A stretch of 62,952 bases of DNA, filler included, from Octopus bimaculoides (lineage: Eukaryota): NCBI RefSeq assembly GCF_001194135.2. It is 8 parts of 7 records of this genome, joined end to end, with 100 filler letters (N's around TTAATTAATTAA, not from the genome) between each part and the next. Parts side by side here need not be neighbours in the genome. Positions count along the whole stretch, not along the records: positions 61,829 to 62,952 come from NW_026367855.1; 7 more parts are not named here. One strand, given 5' to 3'. Under the pieces are notes generated by a model. It was not told the DNA's origin. It did no database searches and saw only the letters and a program-made list of their open reading frames with translations. The position numbers were made by a program, and so were the translations under genes. The stretch's first letter is position 1. Each line of letters opens with the position of its first letter. This document shows positions 62,916 through 62,952 of the stretch, in pieces.

Positions 62916-62952
<37 letters not shown>

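Noticed and set aside
1038-62952. Long ORFs in the supplied track (poly-[17 protein letters not shown], etc.)
   Set aside because: They are read-throughs of N-gaps or of microsatellites that lack stop codons; no domain content.

Overview
Repeat-dominated animal genomic DNA from a draft assembly, with about 7.7 kb of N-gaps. Seven gaps contain an artificial TTAATTAATTAA six-frame-stop linker. From memory, the SINE families and extreme microsatellite load resemble octopus (coleoid cephalopod) genomes; this is an inference, not a search result. I recognise no host protein-coding gene: nearly all supplied ORFs are microsatellite or gap read-throughs. The recognisable coding remnants are all dead retroelements: one Ty3/Gypsy RT fragment, five or six 3' fragments of RLE-endonuclease (R2/R4/NeSL-type) non-LTR elements, and one CR1/L2-like LINE 3' end. 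The rest comprises at least four SINE-like families, two hAT MITEs with 8-bp TSDs, Helitron-type ends, several long inverted repeats and many simple repeats. Best second-look items: (1) a tRNA-headed SINE carrying a minimal hammerhead-ribozyme fold, plus a third hammerhead-like motif; (2) a roughly 20:1 strand bias of one SINE family; (3) a foldback with two mutually exclusive long hairpins; (4) an inverted, spaced ~78-bp repeat array; (5) an unidentified multi-copy decayed ORF; (6) a candidate first exon at 33458. Boundaries of degenerate repeats are approximate, to within about 10-20 bp.
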